Made by a program: the position numbers and the translations under genes. This document shows, piece after piece, positions 7,969 through 16,868 of a DNA stretch of 64,000 nt. Source of the stretch: Escherichia phage vB_Eco_F26. Numbering within the stretch: position 1 is the stretch's first letter; every line of letters starts with the position of its first letter. The notes under the pieces were generated by a model. That model was not told the origin of the DNA. It did not search any database and worked only from the letters and a program-made list of their open reading frames with translations. Location of the stretch: sequence record OP870145.1, one strand, 5' to 3'.

Positions 7969-8276
7969 CCTTGCGGCAACCTTGTCGGGGTTCCACCTGC
8001 TAAGGCAAGTGTTTGTACGAAACGCCGGGATTCGAACCCGGTTATTAAGCAGTTGACGCTACTTAATATTTTTAAAAGGCCATATCTCGACCATATCCGA
8101 ACGTTCCGTCAAAAACGCTACTCGGCTTACGGCAAAGATATTTCCTCGAATCGATAATTCGGTGCGCCGTTTCTGCTGTGATGTAAGAGGGCATCAACAA
8201 ATCATAAAGATTTATTAACACAATTCCTTACCCAGGGAACATCAGTCCGACGACTTACCGGTAGCGACCCGGTTTC
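7969..8276 (-). ncRNA. putative stable small RNA region distal to the tRNA cluster
   Basis: About 300 nt with no ORF >=60 aa on the minus strand, GC-rich paired segments, a tRNA-like T-arm (CCGGGTTCGAATCCCGG) without a canonical acceptor stem, terminator immediately downstream; T4 has species 1/2 RNAs near its tRNAs. Confidence 0.25.
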
Positions 8277-8627
8277 TTAATATTCTTTTAAAGCATCAAT
8301 CTGTTCACGACGTTTACGCCATAAATCAATTGCTTCATACGCAGATTCAGCATTTCGAATTGGACGGCATTTATATAAAGACTTGTGATTTTGATATTGC
8401 GTAGATAACGGAATTTTATCTAAAAGGTCTTTACGTTCAAAGTATTCGTAACCATCTAAGCCAAATGAACGATTTTTGAGAAATTGCCAATGACCGTATT
8501 CGTTTTCGACATAAACATAATCTGCGTGCTGATAAAGCAAATTAATTACACGTTCAGAAATAACAGTGTCATTATGATTAAAATAGAATGTTAAATCATG
8601 AACTACTAAATAAACATTACCTTTCAT
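8277..8627 (-). CDS. hypothetical protein (116 aa)
   Basis: ORF between tRNA-Arg and the putative small RNA region. Confidence 0.55.
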   Translation of the reverse strand: MKGNVYLVVHDLTFYFNHNDTVISERVINLLYQHADYVYVENEYGHWQFLKNRSFGLDGYEYFERKDLLDKIPLSTQYQNHKSLYKCRPIRNAESAYEAIDLWRKRREQIDALKEY

Positions 8628-8643
8628 ATTTTCCTCACTTAAT

Positions 8644-8719
8644 TGGTCGAGACAGTAGGGATCGAACCTACGACCTAGGACTTAGAAGGTCCTTGCTCTT
8701 CCTTCTGAGCTATGCCCCG
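8644..8719 (-). tRNA. tRNA-Arg (anticodon TCT)
   Basis: Manual fold: acceptor CGGGGCA/TGTCTCG (2 G-U), anticodon loop CTTCTAA, T-arm GTAGG-TTCGATC-CCTAC, encoded CCA. Confidence 0.7.
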
Positions 8720-8723
8720 TAAT

Positions 8724-8799
8724 TGGGGTGACCGATGGGAGTCGAACCCATGACTACGAGAATCACAATCTCGAGTTCTACCAACTGAACTACGGCCAC
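8724..8799 (-). tRNA. tRNA-His (anticodon GTG)
   Basis: Manual fold: acceptor GTGGCCG/CGGTCAC, D-arm TAGTTCAGTTGGTAGAAC, anticodon loop TTGTGAT, T-loop TTCGACT, CCA. Confidence 0.7.
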
Positions 8800-8913
8800 A
8801 TTAATACCTACTCCAACAATCAAGATGTCTTCACACGAAATTAAGAGAAGAGTGATCAGTTCAACCCCTATAATCGCGTCAAGTAGATATTAATGTGACA
8901 GTTGTCACAAATT

Positions 8914-8988
8914 TGGCGGACGTGATAGGATTCGAACCTATAACCAATCGCTTAACAGGCGATCGCTCTGCCATTGAGCTACACATCC
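8914..8988 (-). tRNA. tRNA-Asn (anticodon GTT)
   Basis: Manual fold: acceptor GGATGTG/CACGTCC, anticodon stem ATCGC/GCGAT with loop CTGTTAA, T-loop TTCGAAT, CCA. Confidence 0.7.
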
Positions 8989-8992
8989 AAAT

Positions 8993-9079
8993 TGGTGGGG
9001 AGTGGTGGAGTCGAACCACCCGAGTCGCAATGACAATGGATTTACAGTCCACACCGCTACCTCTACGGGATAACTCCCC
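8993..9079 (-). tRNA. tRNA-Tyr (anticodon GTA), long variable arm
   Basis: Acceptor GGGGAGT/ACTCCCC, anticodon loop CTGTAAA, T-arm GGTGG-TTCGACT-CCACC, CCA; D-arm pairing not cleanly resolved by hand. Confidence 0.6.
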
Positions 9080-9088
9080 AAATTAATT

Positions 9089-9163
9089 TGGTGGCCCTGG
9101 GTGGAATTGAACCACCATCTGGCGATTATGAGTCGCTTGCTTGAACCTTCCAGCTACAGGGCC
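9089..9163 (-). tRNA. tRNA with CAT anticodon (Ile-lysidine type as in T4, or Met)
   Basis: Acceptor GGCCCTG/CAGGGCC, anticodon loop CTCATAA, T-arm GGTGG-TTCAATT-CCACC, CCA. Confidence 0.6.
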
Positions 9164-9171
9164 AAATTTTC

Positions 9172-9657
9172 TTATTTTATGTAATATTTATTTAAAAACT
9201 TTCTAGCTTGAGTATGGCTAACATTTATAGCGTTTGCATAATTTTTAATAAAACCTCGTTCATCCATATTAAAATTTTCTAATATTTTTAATCGTCTAGT
9301 TATCTCATCTTGGCTTAAGGTACTTGCATTATTTTTAGAAATTTTTTCTAAGGACTGTGCCGAGTGTTTTCGACCATTAAAATTAAAATTTTTAGATTTT
9401 GGAGGAAATCTATTATTTAGTCTCGCATCTTTTGTATTTTGATTATTAGTTGCGCAATATATGTTATTTAATGAATATGGTCCTTTATCGCCGAAACGGC
9501 ACATGCAGTATTCATGACCCTTTCTTCCACGCTTATCATATTTTCCCGTTGATTTCCACCAATGCAGCCATTCATCAAAAGTTAAATTCCATTCAATGTT
9601 TCTACGTATAGCAGAATTCCGCTGAGAAATATATTTTGCATAATCTTCTTTCATCAC
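9172..9657 (-). CDS. HNH-family homing endonuclease-like protein with NUMOD-type DNA-binding motifs, embedded in the tRNA cluster
   Basis: 161 aa; GHEYCMCRFGDKGPYSLNNIYCATNNQN (HNH_3-like), GRKHSAQSLEKI repeat, C-terminal helix-turn-helix-like segment; T4 has a GIY-YIG seg gene in the analogous region. Confidence 0.6.
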   Translation of the reverse strand: MMKEDYAKYISQRNSAIRRNIEWNLTFDEWLHWWKSTGKYDKRGRKGHEYCMCRFGDKGPYSLNNIYCATNNQNTKDARLNNRFPPKSKNFNFNGRKHSAQSLEKISKNNASTLSQDEITRRLKILENFNMDERGFIKNYANAINVSHTQARKFLNKYYIK

Positions 9658-9701
9658 AAATTTCTCTACTTATTCAATACACCAAGCTAAATCAGCAAAA
9701 C

Positions 9702-9791
9702 TGGCGGAGGCGATAGGATTTGAACCTATGAGTCGCCGGAGCGACTGCCGGTTTTCAAGACCGATGCATTAAACCACTCTGCCACGCCTCC
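9702..9791 (-). tRNA. tRNA-Ser (anticodon TGA), long variable arm
   Basis: Acceptor GGAGGCG/CGCCTCC, anticodon loop CTTGAAA, T-loop TTCAAAT, CCA; sits 2 nt after tRNA-Pro as in the T4 Pro-Ser dimeric precursor. Confidence 0.7.
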
Positions 9792-9793
9792 AG

Positions 9794-9867
9794 TCTCCGT
9801 GGCAGGATTTGAACCTACGACATTCTGCTCCCAAAGCAGACGCTCTACCAAACTGAGCTACACGGAG
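9794..9867 (-). tRNA. tRNA-Pro (anticodon TGG), CCA not encoded
   Basis: Acceptor CTCCGTG/CACGGAG, anticodon stem TCTGC/GCAGA with loop TTTGGGA, T-loop TTCAAAT. Confidence 0.7.
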
Positions 9868-9877
9868 TAAATTAAAT

Positions 9878-9951
<74 letters not shown>

Positions 9952-9956
9952 AAATT

Positions 9957-10043
9957 TGGTGCGAGAAGTGGGACTCGAACCCACAAGGAAATCATTCCGC
10001 AGCATTTTAAGTGCTGTGCCTTTACCAATTTGACCATTCTCGC
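9957..10043 (-). tRNA. tRNA-Leu (anticodon TAA), long variable arm
   Basis: Acceptor GCGAGAA/TTCTCGC, anticodon stem CAGCA/TGCTG with loop CTTAAAA, T-loop TTCGAGT, CCA. Confidence 0.7.
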
Positions 10044-10044
10044 G

Positions 10045-10117
10045 CTGGGAATAAAGGACTCGAACCTTTGCATCTAGCAGTCAAAGTGCTATGCCTTACC
10101 AACTTGGCTAATTCCCA
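10045..10117 (-). tRNA. tRNA-Gln (anticodon TTG), CCA not encoded
   Basis: Acceptor TGGGAAT/ATTCCCA, anticodon stem TAGCA/TGCTA with loop CTTTGAC, T-loop TTCGAGT; abuts tRNA-Leu as in the T4 Gln-Leu dimer. Confidence 0.7.
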
Positions 10118-10214
10118 ATTATTAACAAAGGCTCTCAAACAAGAACCCTTGATGATAGAGGGTATTAATCAGTGCGGTATGAGTTAATAATAACAAATAA
10201 TTCTTAAAGCATAT

Positions 10215-10508
10215 TTACCATTTATGATGATACATACTTACGATGCATTCAAGACCTAAAGGATTCTTGAAAATATCATATTCAAGAGGACCTTTTTCTG
10301 TTTCAATAAAGAAATCAAAATTTACTGTATTAAATTTACGGTCTTCCTTTACTAATTTAACTTGAGAAGATGAACGGTCAATGTAAACCTTTTCAACTTC
10401 AAAACACGTTAAAATGCCATAATCATCAATCAAGGCTTTAGCTGCTTCTTGATCATATTTATATCCATTTTCAATGGATGATACTTTAGCATAAAGAATC
10501 ATTATCAA
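10215..10508 (-). CDS. hypothetical protein (97 aa)
   Basis: ORF. Confidence 0.5.
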   Translation of the reverse strand: MIMILYAKVSSIENGYKYDQEAAKALIDDYGILTCFEVEKVYIDRSSSQVKLVKEDRKFNTVNFDFFIETEKGPLEYDIFKNPLGLECIVSMYHHKW

Positions 10509-10687
10509 CCTTTAGAAATTTTATCCATAACGATAGCAATTAAACCAATTAAAAATGCTACTACAAGTGAAAACACATTTTCTGCTGTAGTTAATAATCC
10601 ACATATAAATCCAACAAACATTGAAAAGCTAAATGCAGAAGCAGAAATTGCAATAGCAACATTTCGAATTAATTCACAACGTTTCAT
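10505..10687 (-). CDS. small membrane protein (60 aa)
   Basis: ORF with two hydrophobic stretches; early promoter upstream. Confidence 0.45.
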   Translation of the reverse strand: MKRCELIRNVAIAISASAFSFSMFVGFICGLLTTAENVFSLVVAFLIGLIAIVMDKISKG

Positions 10688-10715
10688 TTTATTCTCCTCG
10701 GTAGTTGATAGGGTA

Positions 10716-10745
10716 ATAGTATCACAACTAAAACCCTATGTAAAC
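10716..10745 (-). promoter_or_regulatory. T4 early-type promoter (GTTTAC -35, 18-nt spacer, TACTAT -10)
   Basis: Minus strand GATTTAAAATAATTTCACAAAGTTGTTTACAT...TACTAT; the 32-nt upstream block is identical to that at 11046..11100. Confidence 0.5.
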
Positions 10746-10757
10746 AACTTTGTGAAA

Positions 10758-11015
10758 TTATTTTAAATCTTCTAATCGTTTCTTCATCTTAGAACCATTT
10801 TTAGCGATTTCGCCTGCATCAGAGCATAATGCTAAAAGCGCTTTAACTTTAGTTTGGTCTCCTTTAAAAGATGAAGGATCGACTGCAGCAGCAAGTTCTT
10901 TAATACGAGAGAAAAGACGCTCAGCTTCAGCTAAAGCCATTCCAAGCTTTACTTCCATACCGTGTGAAGATTCAGTGATAGTAGTTTTTGTAGCAAACTC
11001 TTTGAAAGTTTTCAT
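10758..11015 (-). CDS. internal protein (IP) family, 85 aa, at the ipI position next to 57B
   Basis: N-terminus MKTFKEFATKTTITE (CTS-like, I-T-E protease site); early promoter upstream. Confidence 0.7.
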   Translation of the reverse strand: MKTFKEFATKTTITESSHGMEVKLGMALAEAERLFSRIKELAAAVDPSSFKGDQTKVKALLALCSDAGEIAKNGSKMKKRLEDLK

Positions 11016-11045
11016 TTTATTTTCCTAATTAATTTTGATGAGATA

Positions 11046-11075
11046 ATAGTATCACTACCTCATCAGCATGTAAAC
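11046..11075 (-). promoter_or_regulatory. T4 early-type promoter for the ipI-position gene
   Basis: Same architecture and identical upstream block as 10716..10745. Confidence 0.5.
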
Positions 11076-11087
11076 AACTTTGTGAAA

Positions 11088-11784
<697 letters not shown>

Positions 11785-11785
<1 letters not shown>

Positions 11786-12510
11786 TATAGTACCTTTAGT
11801 GTATTTTTAATTTTAGAAAAAAGTTCTTCAAGAGAACCATCGTTTGTAATTACTAAATCGCCATCACGAATTGGCAATCCAGCTTCTGTAATATGTGTAT
11901 CATTGGATTTTTGACCAGGACGAACTACATGAATTACTGTAGCACCCATCGCCCTAGCCGCATCCATTTCATGATCTTGACGAGTATCAGGAACGATATA
12001 ATAATCATAACCTGAGTTAAATTTATCAAGATAATCTAAAGCAAATAATTTTACCCAGTACATGCGATCGAAGTTATTAACAATCAAATCCGTACCTAGG
12101 GCTTGCATCAGACGACGGACTGACCATTGATCTTCAATATTATTTATAACGTCAATAATCTTGTTAAATGCTACGGAATTAACTGATTCTTGTCCTTCGT
12201 CATCAAAAACAAACACACCCTTAATTGGGCTTTTACCATCAAGATAGCAAAATGCTTGTTCCATAATCGTGATTACTTCTGATTTAGTCAGATTTAAATT
12301 AGTCTCACGATCATAGTCAATTCCTTCAAACTCTTTACGAGTTAAGCAAGGATAGTCAGTGTTTGCTGCAAATACGCCCCATGCATAAGCCAATGCATCC
12401 TTAATAGGACCAGCAAGTTGGTATTTAACTGCAGAATAATTGCTCATGATAAAATCAGCAGTAGTATCTTTTCCACTACGCTTTACACCGCTTAAAAAGA
12501 TTAGTTTCAT
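11785..12510 (-). CDS. 1: deoxynucleoside monophosphate kinase gp1
   Basis: P-loop GVKRSGKDT; 241 aa from ATG at 12510 (GAGGAG SD); ORF track start 12549 is upstream in-frame. Confidence 0.9.
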
Positions 12511-12559
12511 GTGTTTCTCCTCAAATTTAATTAAGATTATAACACACAAAACTGAAGCA

Positions 12560-13090
12560 TTAAACTTCTGCTATAATTTTTCCATCTTTTTCTACTTGAA
12601 AATAGGTGTAAGGAATCGTTGCAGTACATACTAAAGCTGGGTCTGAATCTTCCGTATAGCTAAATTCTACTTCAGATAGGTCAGAAACCCAAGGCTTATA
12701 AAAATTTATTGACATCACGATTTCAGTTTTGCTATTATCTAAAATGTAAAGCGTAATGTACTCAGGACCTGTTTTTTGGGCAGTATTTTCACCTGTAAGA
12801 TAGTTGCTAGTTCCTAGCATCCATTCATACATTCCTATCCACGACTTAAGTTCTTCATCAACTATAAATCTCACAATGAGTGGATCATACTCAAATGTAA
12901 CACCCGGTCGTTGTGCTCGACCTAGTCCAAACGGCCCAGTCACGGTATCAGTAACAGGTATTCTAATTCCTGGAATAGGAACTGACTGAGCATTTAAAGT
13001 AAAAGCAGATGTAGTATTACTGTGTGGTATTGATACTACAAAGTTAGTTGTATTTGCTTGGTTAAAAATTTGTTGCAGAGCTTGCGACAT
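12560..13090 (-). CDS. 3: tail completion protein gp3
   Basis: 176 aa from ATG at 13090 (GAGGAA SD); synteny 1-3-2-4. Confidence 0.8.
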   Translation of the reverse strand: MSQALQQIFNQANTTNFVVSIPHSNTTSAFTLNAQSVPIPGIRIPVTDTVTGPFGLGRAQRPGVTFEYDPLIVRFIVDEELKSWIGMYEWMLGTSNYLTGENTAQKTGPEYITLYILDNSKTEIVMSINFYKPWVSDLSEVEFSYTEDSDPALVCTATIPYTYFQVEKDGKIIAEV

Positions 13091-13196
13091 ATATTCCTCA
13101 TAATGCTTTATAATTGTTGGTGGTATAATGGGTCTAAGTCCCTTCCATTCAATTCCATTTAGAACAAACAACAGAAAAGAATGGAAGATAATAGAA

Positions 13197-14021
13197 TTAG
13201 ATATTTGACCAGACTTTGTTTGCAGAGAAACGTTTTCCTTTGGAGTAGAAGCTTTGAAGTGGCATTAACACAACGTTCGCCCAGTCTTTCGGGGCGATTT
13301 CAACAAGGCTACCCATAATATTACCAGGTATATATGCCTTAATCATTTGGTCTGCACCCCTAAATCCTTTCACTTGACTCCAATCAATTTTTAATTTCGT
13401 TTTATTAGTAATAGTAGGTGTATTTGCATATTGCTTTAAAAGCTCTTCTAGAAATTGCTGACGAGCTTTAGGTGGAATATAGTGCAAGTTTAATCCGTAC
13501 ATTAAATTATGCTTACCTAAACCAAGGTAAATTATCAAAGGAAATTTATCCCAGTAAGGAAGAGTTTCCTTGTGTTTAGCATCGTAAGCAAAAGCATATA
13601 TTCGTCCCGGCTGCGGGCGAACAACTTTATGTCCTTTTATCTGCTTAATAGTTTCAGCAAACCACTTTCTGGTTTTATTATTAATTGCTGCACCTTCATT
13701 ACGAATTTTATCACGCAATGTTTGTCTGAATGAATTTATCATAAGCAGTTGTCTTTCTTGCTTATTGAGTTTATTCATTGGTTTTGATTCAAGCTTTTGA
13801 ATCTTTTCAGCCGTTTTAATTCCTGAAGCATATTTTGACATTGCTGAAGTAAACGTAGAGTATTTAATTCCTCTTTCTTCAGCAAATTGCTTTCCTGTCA
13901 TTCCTTTTGCTTTGGCCTTTTTGTATTCAAGACCTATCTGAATCCATTTCTTTTCGTTTAATGATTGCTTAACCTTTGGAACTTGGGGAGTGCTTTCATT
14001 AATTATTTGAAAAATAGCCAT
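13197..14021 (-). CDS. 2: DNA end protector protein gp2
   Basis: 274 aa; synteny. Confidence 0.85.
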   Translation of the reverse strand: MAIFQIINESTPQVPKVKQSLNEKKWIQIGLEYKKAKAKGMTGKQFAEERGIKYSTFTSAMSKYASGIKTAEKIQKLESKPMNKLNKQERQLLMINSFRQTLRDKIRNEGAAINNKTRKWFAETIKQIKGHKVVRPQPGRIYAFAYDAKHKETLPYWDKFPLIIYLGLGKHNLMYGLNLHYIPPKARQQFLEELLKQYANTPTITNKTKLKIDWSQVKGFRGADQMIKAYIPGNIMGSLVEIAPKDWANVVLMPLQSFYSKGKRFSANKVWSNI

Positions 14022-14473
14022 TATGCCCCCTTAAAGCCAAGAGCTCGTAATCCATCTTCTGTTAGAATTCTAAATTTTATTCCACGCTTTTCAGCTAAAG
14101 ATTGTGCTGCTTTCCATTTGTCAGTGTTCACAGACCAGGTATAAATTTCATTCATAAATCTTTTCTTCGCTGCAGTTGTTAGATGTGCTGGTTTAACTGG
14201 TGGTTGTGTTTCTTTTTTAGGTTTTATTTCAATAAAAAATTCTTGCCCAGAAGAATCTTTCATCCAAATATCCATGAAGTATCTACGTTTTTTCCCTTCT
14301 GCATTACAAAAATAAGGAATTACTGCTGTTTCACTACCCCATGCAATAATTTCTGGATTTTTATCTAACCATTCAAAAAAGAATTTTTCCCAATTTGATC
14401 TATACGTAATTTTTTTAGGGTCACCTCTATACTTTGATATATTTTTAGGAACCCATTTTCCAGAATATGCCAT
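14021..14473 (-). CDS. 4: head completion protein gp4
   Basis: 150 aa; synteny. Confidence 0.85.
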   Translation of the reverse strand: MAYSGKWVPKNISKYRGDPKKITYRSNWEKFFFEWLDKNPEIIAWGSETAVIPYFCNAEGKKRRYFMDIWMKDSSGQEFFIEIKPKKETQPPVKPAHLTTAAKKRFMNEIYTWSVNTDKWKAAQSLAEKRGIKFRILTEDGLRALGFKGA

Positions 14474-14484
14474 TGGATTCTCCT

Positions 14485-14507
14485 TATAAATAGATAATAT
14501 ATTTATA
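14485..14507. promoter_or_regulatory. divergent late promoters (TATAAATA on both strands) for gene 53 and gene 4
   Basis: Plus TATAAATA 14485..14492 (29 nt before ATG 14521); minus TATAAATA 14507..14500 (27 nt before ATG 14473). Confidence 0.6.
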
Positions 14508-14520
14508 AACAGGAGGGCCC

Positions 14521-15111
14521 ATGCTCTTTACATTTTTTGATCCGATTGAATATGCGGCCAAAACGGTGAATAAAAACGCGCCGACTATTCCTATGACAGA
14601 TATTTTTAGAAACTATAAAGACTATTTTAAACGTGCTCTTGCGGGATACCGCTTACGTACTTATTATATCAAAGGTTCACCACGCCCGGAAGAATTAGCA
14701 AATGCTATATATGGAAATCCACAGCTGTATTGGGTTTTATTGATGTGTAATGATAATTATGACCCGTATTATGGATGGATTACTTCACAAGAAGCTGCTT
14801 ATCAAGCATCTATACAAAAATACAAAAACGTAGGTGGAGACCAAATAGTATATCATGTGAATGAGAACGGTGAAAAATTTTATAATTTAATATCATACGA
14901 TGATAATCCATATGTTTGGTATGATAAAGGCGATAAAGCTAGAAAATATCCTCAATATGAAGGAGCACTTGCTGCGGTCGATACGTATGAAGCGGCTGTT
15001 CTTGAAAATGAAAAACTTCGTCAAATAAAAATAATAGCAAAATCAGACATCAATTCATTTATGAACGACCTTATACGTATAATGGAGAAATCTTATGGAA
15101 ATGATAAGTAA
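14521..15111 (+). CDS. 53: baseplate wedge protein gp53
   Basis: 196 aa; AGGAGG SD; synteny. Confidence 0.85.
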   Translation: MLFTFFDPIEYAAKTVNKNAPTIPMTDIFRNYKDYFKRALAGYRLRTYYIKGSPRPEELANAIYGNPQLYWVLLMCNDNYDPYYGWITSQEAAYQASIQKYKNVGGDQIVYHVNENGEKFYNLISYDDNPYVWYDKGDKARKYPQYEGALAAVDTYEAAVLENEKLRQIKIIAKSDINSFMNDLIRIMEKSYGNDK

Positions 15112-16867
15112 TAACCTCAACTGGTTTGTTGGTGTTGTTGAAGATAGAATGGACCCATTAAAATTAGGTCGTGTTCGTGTTCGTGTGGTTGGTCTGCATC
15201 CACCTCAAAGAGCGCAAGGCGACGTAATGGGTATTCCAACTGAAAAATTACCATGGATGTCAGTTATTCAACCTATAACTTCTGCAGCAATGTCTGGAAT
15301 TGGAGGTTCTGTTACTGGACCGGTAGAAGGAACTAGAGTTTATGGTCATTTTTTGGACAAATGGAAAACTAACGGAATTGTCCTTGGCACGTATGGCGGA
15401 ATAGTTCGCGAAAAACCGAATAGACTTGAAGGATTTTCTGACCCAACTGGGCAATATCCTAGACGTTTAGGAAATGATACTAACGTACTAAACCAAGGCG
15501 GAGAAGTAGGATATGATTCGTCTTCTAATATTATCCAAGATAGTAACTTAGACACCGCAATAAATCCCGATGATAGACCGTTATCAGAAATTCCAACCGA
15601 TGATAATCCAAATATGTCAATGGCTGAAATGCTTCGCCGTGATGAAGGATTAAGACTAAAAGTTTATTGGGATACCGAAGGATATCCGACAATTGGTATT
15701 GGTCATCTTATCATGAAGCAGCCAGTTCGTGATATGGCTCAAATTAATAAAGTTTTATCGAAACAAGTTGGTCGTGAAATTACAGGAAATCCAGGTTCTA
15801 TTACAATGGAAGAGGCGACGACTTTATTTGAGCGTGATTTGGCTGATATGCAACGTGACATTAAATCACATTCTAAAGTAGGACCAGTCTGGCAAGCTGT
15901 CAACCGTTCTCGCCAAATGGCATTAGAAAATATGGCATTTCAGATGGGTGTTGGCGGTGTAGCTAAATTTAACACAATGTTAACTGCTATGTTAGCAGGA
16001 GATTGGGAAAAAGCATATAAAGCCGGTCGTGATTCATTGTGGTATCAACAGACAAAAGGCCGTGCATCCCGTGTTACTATGATTATTCTTACGGGAAATT
16101 TGGAATCATATGGTGTTGAAGTGAAAACCCCAGCTAGGTCTCTATCAGCAATGGCTGCTACTGTAGCTAAATCTTCTGACCCTGCTGATCCTCCTATTCC
16201 AAATGACTCGAGAATTTTATTCAAAGAACCAGTTTCTTCATATAAAGGCGAATATCCTTATGTGCATACAATGGAAACTGAAAGCGGACATATTCAGGAA
16301 TTTGATGATACCCCTGGGCAAGAACGATACAGATTAGTTCATCCGACTGGAACATATGAGGAAGTATCACCGTCAGGAAGAAGAACAAGAAAAACTGTTG
16401 ATAATTTGTATGATATAACAAATGCTGATGGTAATTTTTTGGTAGCCGGTGATAAAAAGACTAACGTCGGTGGATCAGAAATTTATTACAACATGGACAA
16501 TCGTCTTCACCAAATAGATGGAAGCAATACAATATTTGTGCGCGGCGATGAAACTAAGACGGTTGAAGGTAATGGAACTATCCTAGTTAAAGGTAATGTT
16601 AAAGTAGTTATTCAAGGAACAGCAGATATAACTGTTGAACAGGAAGCATACATAACTGTTGAAAAAGACACGACTGTTAATGTTAACCAAAACGCAGACA
16701 TAAGTGTTAAAAATAAAGCAACTGTTAATGCTGAAAATATGGATGTCAACGTTGAGCAAGATTTAAATTTTTCAGCGACAAATATTAATTTAAGTGCATC
16801 TAATACTGTTCATATGGATGGCGGGGTTCTTTCTAAAGTATCAGGTGGAAACGTACAGGTTGGTTAA
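15095..16867 (+). CDS. 5: baseplate hub and tail lysozyme gp5 (cell-puncturing spike), variant C-terminal beta-helix
   Basis: N-terminus MEMISNNLNWFVGVVEDRMDPLKLGRVRVRVVGLHPPQ and internal lysozyme domain (MAEMLRRDEGLRLKVYWDTEGYPTIGIGH) match T4 gp5 as recalled; 590 aa vs 575; last ~90 aa differ. Confidence 0.92.
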   Translation: MEMISNNLNWFVGVVEDRMDPLKLGRVRVRVVGLHPPQRAQGDVMGIPTEKLPWMSVIQPITSAAMSGIGGSVTGPVEGTRVYGHFLDKWKTNGIVLGTYGGIVREKPNRLEGFSDPTGQYPRRLGNDTNVLNQGGEVGYDSSSNIIQDSNLDTAINPDDRPLSEIPTDDNPNMSMAEMLRRDEGLRLKVYWDTEGYPTIGIGHLIMKQPVRDMAQINKVLSKQVGREITGNPGSITMEEATTLFERDLADMQRDIKSHSKVGPVWQAVNRSRQMALENMAFQMGVGGVAKFNTMLTAMLAGDWEKAYKAGRDSLWYQQTKGRASRVTMIILTGNLESYGVEVKTPARSLSAMAATVAKSSDPADPPIPNDSRILFKEPVSSYKGEYPYVHTMETESGHIQEFDDTPGQERYRLVHPTGTYEEVSPSGRRTRKTVDNLYDITNADGNFLVAGDKKTNVGGSEIYYNMDNRLHQIDGSNTIFVRGDETKTVEGNGTILVKGNVKVVIQGTADITVEQEAYITVEKDTTVNVNQNADISVKNKATVNAENMDVNVEQDLNFSATNINLSASNTVHMDGGVLSKVSGGNVQVG

Positions 16868-16868
16868 T

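Noticed and set aside
8006-8045. Possible extra tRNA suggested by a perfect T-arm (CCGGGTTCGAATCCCGG)
   Set aside because: No complementary acceptor 5-prime strand within tRNA distance and no convincing anticodon arm; kept only as part of a putative ncRNA region.
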